From contig OZ024743.1 of NCBI GenBank assembly GCA_964016885.1, forward strand, positions 249,364,001 through 249,428,000: a DNA stretch of 64,000 nucleotides, read 5' to 3'. Every line of letters starts with the position of its first letter. The stretch's first letter is position 1. The position numbers and the translations under genes were made by a program. Source of the DNA: Eledone cirrhosa (lineage: Eukaryota). The notes below the pieces were generated by a model. That model saw only the letters and a program-made list of their open reading frames with translations, was not told the origin of the DNA and did not search any database. Below, piece after piece: positions 12,172 through 21,551 of the stretch.

Positions 12172-13265
12172 CATCATCATCATCATCATCAACGTTTAAC
12201 GTCCGTGTTCCACGCTTGCATGGGTTTGGACGGGGGTAGTCCCACTTGAGGCAAGAGTGATTGTCTTGCTCGCATAGGACTGTCTGGCAGGTTTTCTACA
12301 GTTGGATGCCCTTCCTAACACCAACCACATTTACAGTGTGGGTCTGGGAGGTTTTTACCGTGTTGCCTACACGGCCACATTACAGCGTGGACTGTGTGTT
12401 TTTTTGTCGTGACACCTACACGATCTCATTTGTTTCGGCCTGGATGGCGCGGCACCAACATAACTTTACATAGAACGGGGTGGTGTGGATGGGGTGGGGG
12501 GGGGGGGGGGGGGGGGTGGGGGGTGGGGGGGGGGGGGGGGTGTAGTTTGTTAGAGATGCCTACTGGCAAGGCGGGTCTTCTCTGTTACTGAGTACCGCCA
12601 AAGGTCACGGTCCAGTGACATTGTCTTGGAGAGGTGTAAGTGTGTGAGGTCGGAGTTTATCAGCTCATCCCATGTTTTTCTAGGTCTGCCTATTCCGTGG
12701 CTACCGTCTATCTTTATTGCCCTGCACTTTGTAATACAGCTATCGACTTTCATGCGCATCACGTGTCCATACCAACGCAGCCTTCTCTCGAGTAAACAAC
12801 ATCTGATCCCTCTTATCTCTAATTTTTTCCTTAGTTCGTTTATGCTTTGCCGTTCACGTATATTACTGTTACACATCCAGCGGAGCATGCAAGCTTCGTT
12901 CCTCTCTAGTCTGCGTATATCCTCTGCACACAATGCCCAGGTCTCACTACCATGCAACATTGCTGTTCGTATGCAGGCATCGTACAACCTGCCTTTCATT
13001 TTTAGGGAGAACCCTTTAGCAGCTAATAGTGGTATAAGCTCTCTGAACTTTTTCCAACCAGTTCTGACTCTAGCTACAGTACTTTCAGAGCACCCTCCCC
13101 CACTGCTGATTTTATCGCCCAGGTAACGGAAGCTGTCCACTATTTCTATAGAACCCTCTGCGCAATTGAAAGAGCTAGTATTTTGTGGGCACTTGCTGCT
13201 ACTTATTGCACCAGAACACCGGCCACATGTAAAGTCTATGTTCTTAGTTAGCTTACCTGTGATCC

Positions 13266-13272
<7 letters not shown>
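12172..13272 (-). mobile_element. 5'-truncated young RTE copy in (TA)n
   Basis: (CAT)n tail on +, 3' UTR and ORF end (12550-13140) nearly identical to the 15.2-19.0 kb element; (TA)n on both sides. Confidence 0.95.
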
Positions 13273-13315
<43 letters not shown>

Positions 13316-13318
<3 letters not shown>

Positions 13319-13746
13319 TGCTACTGTACGTCTGTATACATATATGTATGTACGTATACATACATACTTGCATTTAAGTAAGTGCCATACTAAGAGTGAG
13401 AAATGAAATTTCGTTTTCATTTTTTTCAACTTATCGTTTTCGGTATGCCTGACCGATTTAACTCACTCAATATGCAAATTAGGCTGCTCAGCCGTTAATT
13501 TTCATAAGGAAAGTATATACTTTCGAACGTTCAACTATCTGGCAGATGGGTATACGGTGCTGATGATAGCTAACAAGCTTGAAACTAGTACATCGTTCCT
13601 GTGTCAGTGTTGAATAAAAAGGTGACGTGGTTGCCTTAACACCGTATGGCATAAATTCTGGCTGTTCCGTTTGTTTACAAACGAACAAAGCGGCGTTATA
13701 ATAAGCGTCCGCTAAACTGATGCGTGCATATATGTATGTGTACCTG

Positions 13747-13786
<40 letters not shown>

Positions 13787-13824
13787 TGCTACTGTACGTC
13801 TGTATACATATATGTATGTACGTA
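13316..13824 (+). mobile_element. ~468-bp hammerhead-containing head-to-tail monomer (retrozyme / Penelope pLTR-like); partial copies at 11893-12160
   Basis: Block gcatgctactgtacgtc...cttgcattta recurs at 12010, 13316 and 13784, each preceded by (TA)n; at 12010 and 13784 gtatgtgtacctgtatg lies just before the (TA)n. One hammerhead in the complete unit. Confidence 0.65.
13554..13596 (+). ncRNA. Minimal type I hammerhead ribozyme
   Basis: acggtg-CTGATGA-t-agc-taacaa-gct-t-GAAA-ctag-TA-catcgt: 6-bp helix I, 3-bp helix II, palindromic helix III, GUA cleavage triplet; AATAAA ~17 nt downstream. Confidence 0.85.
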
Positions 13825-13839
13825 TACATACATACTTGC

Positions 13840-13879
<40 letters not shown>

Positions 13880-13920
13880 TCATCATCATCATCATCATTT
13901 TACGCCCGCTTTTCCCTGCT

Positions 13921-14037
13921 TAATATAGAAATGGCTTCAATAGGACTAGAACTGTTTCATTCATATGAAATCACTAGGAATCCTGATGATTTCATGCAAA
14001 TGAAACAGTTCCAGTCCTGTATAACCCATCTATATTA
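13921..14037. repeat. Imperfect palindrome containing a degenerate hammerhead core
   Basis: Arms taggactagaactgtttcattcatatgaaatcactagga / tcctgatgatttcatgcaaatgaaacagttccagtcctg; the + arm has CTGATGA...GAAA. Confidence 0.6.
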
Positions 14038-14230
14038 AATAATTGTTTCTACATTTGGCACAAGGCCAGCAATTACCCAGTGCATTACTGGTACTTTATT
14101 TTATCGACCCCGTAAGGATGAAAGGCAAAGTTAACATCGACGGGATTTGAACTCAGACCGTAAAGGGACATAACTATGCTGGAAAGCATGGCGTCCGACC
14201 CTCTACCGATACTGCCAGTCCACCGCCCTT
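14038..14230 (-). mobile_element. tRNA-derived SINE family A (~190 bp); copies also at ~14574-14766(-), 22230-22413(-), 23703-23811(+), 30580-30764(-), 39053-39245(+), 54284-54540(-, two), older at ~4521, 5700, 8130, 56200
   Basis: A-box-like TGGCAGTATCGG, B-box GAGTTCAAATCC, core ctttgcctttcatccttacggggtcgataaaataaagtaccag, tail gtagaaacaattatt. TSDs e.g. ctatttcaataat (30.6 kb), ataggaaaataat (14.6 kb). Confidence 0.9.
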
Positions 14231-15235
14231 CTGCCAAGCCAATGATGTTTGCACTCTACTAATGTATCAAGTACCTTTTTAACTGTAGTTACTCCTGATT
14301 TCACTTGGGATCTACATACAACCTATATATATATGTATGTATATGTGGGTGTGTGTGTGTGTAAATACCACTGTAAAGTGGTTGGCATGAGGAAGAGCCT
14401 CCAGCAATAGAAACCAAGCCAAAACAAAACGTCCAAGCAGGATCTAGTCTTGTTTATATGTTAAACAGTACTGATATATATATAGAGAGAGATATTTATG
14501 TGTGTGTATTAGTGTAAAAAATAAATAAATTATAAAAATTAGAGAATTCTTTACAAATCACATTACATAGGAAAATAATTGTTTCTACTTTTGGCACAAG
14601 GCCAGCAATTACCCAGTGCATTACTGGTACTTTATTTTATCTACCCTGTAAGGATGAAAGGCAAAGTTAACCTTGGCGGGATTTGAACTCAGACCGTAAA
14701 GGGACGTAACTATACTGGAAAGCATGGCGTCCGACCTTCTACTGATACTGCCAATCCCCCACCCTATAGGAAAATAATAAGAGTTGAAGATGCATCTAAT
14801 GTTTACACACACACATTCTTTTACTTACATATACACACACATCCTCTTAACTTCATAAAAAAAAAACCCACACACACACACACAGATATGTACATGCACA
14901 CATATAGCTCTATATCTTTCAGATAGATGCGCTCAATCATTACCTTTTCAAAAAAATATATTATACACAAAACACCAGCAACAGTTTTCCAAGGGATTGC
15001 AACATGAATGGACCTGCTATTTTTCCCTAAAAAAGTTTTTTTTTCCATTTCCGCCCTGCCCATCTTCTATTTCTTCTTTAATTTCTCATTCTATTTTCTG
15101 ATGAAGAACTAGTGTCCGAAACGTTAAGACTCTTTTCCTACTACATCAAGCATGAAACTAATAATATATTTCTTCATTGTACTGTGTTGTTTGCTTTGTT
15201 ATTTCGGCTTGCCTTTTGCATACATATGTATATAT

Positions 15236-18200
15236 CATCATCATCATCATCATCAACGTTTAACGTCCGTGTTCCACGCTTGCATGGGTTTGGACGGGGG
15301 TAGTCCCACTTGAGGCAAGAGTGATTGTCTTGCTCGCATAGGACTGTCTGGCAGGTTTTCTACAGTTGGATGCCCTTCCTAACACCAACCACATTTACAG
15401 TGTGGGTCTGGGAGGTTTTTACCGTGTTGCCTACACGGCCACATTACAGCGTGGACTGTGTGTTTTTTTGTCGTGACACCTACACGATCTCATTTGTTTC
15501 GGCCTCGATGGCGCGGCACCAACATAACTTTACATAGAACGGGGTGGTGTGGATCGGGTGGGGGTGGTGGTGGTGGGACGGGGTGTATTTTGTTAGAGAT
15601 GCCTACTGGCTGGAGTAGGTTTTACTATATATTTAGGTAAGGCGGGTCTTCTCTGTTACTGAGTACCGCCAAAGGTCTCGGTCCAGTGACATTGTCTTGG
15701 AGAGGTGTAAGTGTGTGATGTCGGAGTTTATCAGCTCGTCCCAGGTTTTTCTAGGTCTGCCTATTCCGTGACTACCGTCTATCTTTATTGCCCTGCACTT
15801 TGTTATACAGCTATCGACTTTCATGCGCATCACGTGTCCATACCAACGTAGCCTTCTCTCGAGTAAACAACATCTGATCCCTCTTATCTCTAATTTTTTC
15901 CTTAGTTCGTTTATGCTTTGCCGTTCACGTATATTACTGTTACACATCCAGCGGAGCATGCAAGCTTCGTTCCTCTCTAGTCTGCGTATATCCTCTGCAC
16001 ACAATGCCCAGGTCTCACTGCCATGCAGCATTGCTGTTCGTATGCAGGCATCGTACAACCTGCCTTTCATTTTTAGTGAGAGCCCTTTAGCAGCTAATAG
16101 TGGTATAAGCTCTCTGAACTTTTTCCAACCAGTTCTGACTCTAGCTACAGTACTTTCAGAGCACCCTCCCCCACTGCTGATTTTATCGCCCAGGTAACGG
16201 AAGCTGTCCACTATTTCTATAGAACCCTCTGCGCAATTGAAAGAGCTAGTAGTTTGTGGGCACTTGCTGCTACTTATTGCACCAGAGCACCGGCCACATG
16301 TAAAATCTATGTTCTTAGTTAGCTTACCTGTGATCCCACTACATCTTTTATGCACCCATACTTTGCATTTAGGACATAAAATGGAGTTTCTACCTACGCC
16401 TTTCCTACACACCGAGCACGACCATTTCCCAGAAGGGACCGCCGCCTTGTTTTCTTTCCTACAAACTAGTACTTTGGTCTTAGCCAGGTTAATTTTAAGT
16501 CCTTTTGACTCTAGGCCGTGCTTCCATGTTTGGAATTTCTTCTCTAGCTCGGCCATTGATTCCGCTATGAGTGTCAGGTCGTCTGCGTATAGGAGTTCCC
16601 ATGGGCAGCCTGTCTTGAACTCCTCTGTTATAGCCTGAAGGGCAATAATAAATAGTAGTGGGCTGAGAACAGAGCCCTGATGGACGCCAACTTTTACGCT
16701 AAACTCTTCACTATATTCGTTGTTAATTCTAACCTTGCTGACTGTTTCTTTATACATGGCTTGTATAGCCCTCACAAGCCATTCGTCAACGCCTAGTTTT
16801 CTAAGAGCCCACCAGATAATGGAGCGGGGGACTCTGTTGAAGGCTTTCTCCAAGTCGACAAAAGCTAAGTAGAGGGGTTTACCTTTAGCTAGGTACTCCT
16901 CCTGTAGTTGTCGTACTATGAAAAGAGCGTCTGTGGTACTTTTGCCTGACACAAACCCGAACTGCATTTCATCTAGGTCAATTCTCTCTCTGATTAGTTG
17001 CGCTATTACTTTTTCCGTGACCTTCATGACCTGGTCGATTAATTTAATGCCTCTATAGTTACTCCTATCTAGGGCGTCTCCTTTACCCTTATAACAGTTA
17101 ACGATGATGCTGCTATGCCAGTCCTTCGGAACAACCCCATTCTGTACGACTTGGTTAACTATGCGGGTGACCATGGTGTGTCCCACCGTGCCAGATGCCT
17201 TCAGCATCTCAGCAACTATTTCCGAAGGCCCAGCCGCTTTACCCGTCTTCATATCCTTGATTGCCTTACTTATTATACTCCCCTCGACTAACACTGCTGG
17301 TCCCTCTATTGGGTCGATATGGGGGAGACTGCCTTTCTCCCAATTATTCTCCTCATTTAGTAGCCTTTCATAGTGACACTTCCAAGCTACCTTCTTATCA
17401 GCGTCGGTGATGGCAAGTGTGCCATCGTCGTTTAGTACACACTTCTCCCCGACAATATCACGGTTTTCCTTGACGCATTGCCTAGCAATCCTGAACACCT
17501 CACGTTTTTGGTCATCGCGTTGTAGAACATGCTTGAACTTTCTTTCCTCAGCTTCCCTTCTTGCTAAGTACACTTGTCTCCTAGCTTCCCTCCTGGCCAC
17601 TTGATAGTCCTCTCTACTTCCCCCATCCCGCCATACTTTCCAAGCCTGCTTTTTGGCCTTAATTGACCCCTCCACCTTACTGTTCCACCACCATGTTACT
17701 CTCCTCCTGCCTACAGGCCTGCTCCAGCCACAGACTTCGTCTGTCGCCAACAGCAGGTTTGCTTTCAGAAATTCCCACTCTCCCTCTATATTGTCCGACT
17801 CTAAATGTTCTTCCTTACTGTCGAAAGCATCAAGTAATATGCTTTGAAATTTATTCCTGGCTGTGGGGTCCTTTAGCTTCCATATTTTCCTCCTGAGGAT
17901 AGTCCTCTTCTGTTGTCGAGTACGTCTCGTCCTGACTATGAGGTCGCTAATTATCAGTCTATGTTGGGAGGTGCATTCTTCATGGGGGAGGGATTTAGTG
18001 TTTACAACAGACACTCTGTCACGTCTTCTGGTAAGGATATAATCTACCTGGCTTGTGTGTTCCCCGGATCTATAGGTGATCAGGTGATTGTCACGTTTTT
18101 TGAAGTTAGTGTTACAGATAGTTAGGTTATTTGCATCACAGAATTCCAGGATTCTGGAGCCTTCCTCATTTCTAGTACCAAACCCATAGCCTCCATGGAT

Positions 18201-18961
18201 TTCGTCGTAGCCGTCACAATGTTGTCCAACGTGACCATTTAGGTCGCCTGCGATAATTATATAGTCACTGTTGGATATTTGGGAGGTAGTTAGCATCAGT
18301 GTCTCATAGAATCTGTCTTTTATAGTGCCGGGCAGTCCCGATTGGGGTGCGTACGCAGATATTACTGTCACCGTAGTTCTATTGAGGACAAGTCGTATTT
18401 TAATTATTCTGTCGTTCACTCTATTTACGTCTATTATCTTATCTGCCCACTTTTCTGCTACCATGATTCCTACTCCACCCAGCCCATCGTCGTTTCCCAC
18501 CCAGAAAAGCTTATAACATCGTTTTTTACCCTCAATGAACCTAGCAGACCCACCCCTCCACCTGGTCTCTTGAATACAACAAACATCGACCTCCTTACGT
18601 TCAAGCATTTCTACAACCTCGTTAGCGCGACCCTTTAGGGTGCCTACATTTATGGTACCAACTCTGAAGTTTTGGATTGCGTTTGGGGGTTGGGGGCGGT
18701 GGGGGGTGGGGGGCGATGGGGTTATGTTAGCCGTCCGCGGTCGAAACAATGAGGAGTGCTCGCGTTCTCGTCCAAGAGGTGAATTTGTCTTTATCTTTGG
18801 CATTGTCGCTGAGCGTCCAGATTTTTCTCTCTCTCACCTCCACTCTCCAGGATTCCGCAGTCCATCCATCCATCATATATCGAAAGGCAACCAAGCAAGC
18901 GATAGTATAGGCCTCTGGTTTCTGATTGGTCCGCGTAATAATACTGGTGATGCGTGGGGGC
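15236..18961 (-). mobile_element. RTE-clade LINE with intact ORF (full-length or near full-length)
   Basis: ~160-bp 5' leader with CCAAT, single APE+RT ORF, ~400-bp 3' UTR, (GAT)n tail, TA repeats at both flanks. Confidence 0.97.
15633..18803 (-). CDS. RTE LINE protein, 1056 aa: AP endonuclease + reverse transcriptase with inserted PHD finger
   Basis: APE motifs GTINV, IQETR, YAP, GDLNGH, DYI, SQH. RT motifs YRGIKL, QFGF, DLEKAF, QGSVLSP, YADD (16578-16589), YLG. RTE C-terminus RRLRWYGHV...GRPRKTW. Confidence 0.97.
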   Translation of the reverse strand: MPKIKTNSPLGREREHSSLFRPRTANITPSPPTPHRPQPPNAIQNFRVGTINVGTLKGRANEVVEMLERKEVDVCCIQETRWRGGSARFIEGKKRCYKLFWVGNDDGLGGVGIMVAEKWADKIIDVNRVNDRIIKIRLVLNRTTVTVISAYAPQSGLPGTIKDRFYETLMLTTSQISNSDYIIIAGDLNGHVGQHCDGYDEIHGGYGFGTRNEEGSRILEFCDANNLTICNTNFKKRDNHLITYRSGEHTSQVDYILTRRRDRVSVVNTKSLPHEECTSQHRLIISDLIVRTRRTRQQKRTILRRKIWKLKDPTARNKFQSILLDAFDSKEEHLESDNIEGEWEFLKANLLLATDEVCGWSRPVGRRRVTWWWNSKVEGSIKAKKQAWKVWRDGGSREDYQVARREARRQVYLARREAEERKFKHVLQRDDQKREVFRIARQCVKENRDIVGEKCVLNDDGTLAITDADKKVAWKCHYERLLNEENNWEKGSLPHIDPIEGPAVLVEGSIISKAIKDMKTGKAAGPSEIVAEMLKASGTVGHTMVTRIVNQVVQNGVVPKDWHSSIIVNCYKGKGDALDRSNYRGIKLIDQVMKVTEKVIAQLIRERIDLDEMQFGFVSGKSTTDALFIVRQLQEEYLAKGKPLYLAFVDLEKAFNRVPRSIIWWALRKLGVDEWLVRAIQAMYKETVSKVRINNEYSEEFSVKVGVHQGSVLSPLLFIIALQAITEEFKTGCPWELLYADDLTLIAESMAELEKKFQTWKHGLESKGLKINLAKTKVLVCRKENKAAVPSGKWSCSVCRKGVGRNSILCPKCKVWVHKRCSGITGKLTKNIDFTCGRCSGAISSSKCPQTTSSFNCAEGSIEIVDSFRYLGDKISSGGGCSESTVARVRTGWKKFRELIPLLAAKGLSLKMKGRLYDACIRTAMLHGSETWALCAEDIRRLERNEACMLRWMCNSNIRERQSINELRKKLEIRGIRCCLLERRLRWYGHVMRMKVDSCITKCRAIKIDGSHGIGRPRKTWDELINSDITHLHLSKTMSLDRDLWRYSVTEKTRLT

Positions 18962-18980
18962 TTATATATATATATAGAAA

Positions 18981-20004
18981 TGTGGTGCAATAAGTAGCAG
19001 CAAGTGCTCACAGAATACTAACTCATTCCATTGCACAGATGGTTCTATAGAAATAGTGGACAGCTTCCATTACCTGGCTGACAAAATCAGCAGTGGGGGA
19101 GGGTGCTCTGAAAGTACAGTAGCTAGAGTCAGAACGGGATGGAAAAAGTTCAGAGAGCTTATACCACTATTGGCCGCTAAAGGATTCTCTCTAAAAATGA
19201 AAGGCAGGCTGTATGATGCCTGCATACGAACAGCAATGTTACATGGCAGTGAGACCTGGGCGTTGTGTGCAGAGGATATACGCAGACTGGAGAGAAACGA
19301 AGCTTGCATGCTCCGCTGGATGTGTAATAGTAATATACGTGAACGGCAAAGCATAAACGAACTAAGGGAGAAATTAGGAATAAGAGGGATCAGATGTTGT
19401 TTACTCGAAAGAAGACAACGTTGGTATGGTCACGTGATGTGCATGAAAGACGACAGCTGTATAAAAAAGTGCAGGGCAATAAAAATAGACGGTAGCCACG
19501 GAATAGGCAGACCCAGAAAAACCTAGGATGACTTGACAAATTCCGACCTCACACACTTACACCTCTCCAAGACAATGTCACTCGACCGAGATCTTTGGCG
19601 CTACACAGTAATAGAGAAGACCCGCCTTACCTAAGTGCAAAGTGAAATCTACTACAGTCAGTAGGCACCTCTAACAAAATACACCCCCGTCCCACTACCC
19701 CCACCCCATCCACACCACCCCTTTCAATGTAAAGTTATGTTGGTACCACAACATCCAGCCCGAAACAAATGAGGTTGTGTAGGTGTCACGACAAAAAAAC
19801 ACACAGTCCACGCTGTAATGTGGCCGTGTAGGTAACACGGTAAAAACCTCCCAGTTCCACACTGTAAATGTGGTTGGTGTTAGGAAGGGTATCCAGCCGT
19901 AGAAAACCCGCCAGACAGTCCTATGCGAGCAAGACAACCACTCTTGTCTCAAGTGGGAAAACTCCCATCCAAACCCATGCAAGCGTGGAATATGGACGTT
20001 AAAC

Positions 20005-20035
<31 letters not shown>
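18981..20035 (+). mobile_element. 5'-truncated RTE copy, head-to-head with the intact element
   Basis: ORF remnant 19056-19526, 3' UTR, (GAT)n tail; candidate TSD ATAGAAA (18974-18980 / 20036-20042). Confidence 0.93.
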
Positions 20036-20037
<2 letters not shown>

Positions 20038-20348
20038 AGAAAGAATCATAGTTGATAATCATGAAATTCAAAAATTCTACCTAGCACGTTTTTCCTGCAG
20101 TACTCAACTTGCAAAAGGAACATTAAGAGTATTAAATTCACCTGTCTTGGAGAATCTGTGAAGGCCATGGGCTAAGCACCTTCAATCAGGCCAAGCCAAT
20201 ATATATATATATCATTCATTTATCATTTAAAGTTTAAGTATGTGTGTGCATCCTAGCTACCATGAAAAGGAATGTCGTCATCAACTTCAAAGGAGTTATT
20301 GTTTGTGTGTTTGTGCACATGCATACATATGTATATATATATATATAT

Positions 20349-21366
20349 CACCATCATCATCATCGTTTAACGTCTATCTTCCACGCTAGCATGGGTTTAG
20401 ACGGGAATTGTCCCACTTGAGGCAAGATTGGTCGGGAGACTGTCTCGCTCGTATAGGACTGACTGGCACGTTTTCTACGGCTGGATGCCCTTCCTAACAC
20501 CAACCACGTTTACAGTGTGGACTGGCAGGTTTTTACCGTGTTACCTACACGGTCACATTACAGCGTGGACTGTGTGTTTTTTTGTCATGACACCTACACG
20601 ACCTCATTTATTTTGGACTGGATGTTGTGGTACCAACATAACTTTACAGAGAGAGGGTGGTATTGGTGGGAGTGGGGGTAGTGGGATGGGGTGTATATTT
20701 GGTTAAGAGGTGCCTACTGACTGTAGGTTTCGCTATGTACATAGGCAAGGCGTGTCTTCTGTATTACTGCATAGCGGCAACGATCTCGGTCCAGTGACAT
20801 TGTCTTAGAGAGGTGTAAGTGTGTAAGGTCGGAATTTATCAAATCGTCCCAGGTAACGTCCATCAATTTTGATCAGCCTGCACTTTTTTATACAGCTGTC
20901 GTCTTTCATGCGCATCACGTGACCATACCAACGTAGTCTTCTCTCAAGTAAACAGCATCTGATCCCTCTTATTCCTAATTTCTCACTTAGTTCATTTATG
21001 CTTTGCTGTTCGCGTATATTACTATTACACATCCAGCGGAGCATGCAAGCTTCGTTCCTCTCCAGTCTGCGCAGGTCCTCTTCAAACAATGCCCATGTCT
21101 CACTGCCATGTAACATTGATGTTTGTATACAGGCATCATACAATCTGCCTTTCATTTTTAGAGAGAAACCTTTTGTGGCCAACAGTGGTATAAGCTCTCT
21201 GAACCTTTTCATCCCATTCTGACTCTGGCTACTGTACTTTCAGAGCACCCTCCACCACTGCTGATTTTGTCACCCAGGTAACGGAATGTGTCCACTATTT
21301 CTATAGAACCATCTGAGCAATAGAAGGAGCTAGTATCCTGTGGGCACTTGCTACTTATTGCACCTG
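20349..21366 (-). mobile_element. 5'-truncated RTE copy in (TA)n
   Basis: ORF remnant 20805-21212, 3' UTR and tail; TA-rich flanks. Confidence 0.93.
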
Positions 21367-21457
21367 TATATATTATATATTATATATATATGTATTATCA
21401 GGGAAAATGGACGTTAAAACAACAATGATGGTGGATATATATGAGAAGACACCTAAC

Positions 21458-21551
21458 CTTAGAAATAGAATCATTAGAAGAGAAACTGAAATTACAAAGT
21501 TCACTTTCATCGTAATTTGAAATAGCCAGGTTTAAAGATGGGGGAACATAT
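21458..21551 (-). CDS. CCDC162: CCDC162-like exon 13
   Basis: tttcag / gttagg; YVPPSLNLAISNYDESELCNFSFSSNDSISK. Confidence 0.85.

Noticed and set aside
12491-12540. Functional G-quadruplex
   Set aside because: Expanded G-run in an RTE 3' UTR; length varies among copies and may include sequencing slippage. The host-sense strand is C-rich.
11734-14038. YIYIYI / VCVC ORFs (also 50881-51545, 58664-59139)
   Set aside because: Translations of (TA)n/(TG)n microsatellites, not genes.
15823-18993. Plus-strand ORFs overlapping the RTE (e.g. 16237-16638, 12626-13126)
   Set aside because: Antisense shadows of the RTE coding frame; no independent motifs.
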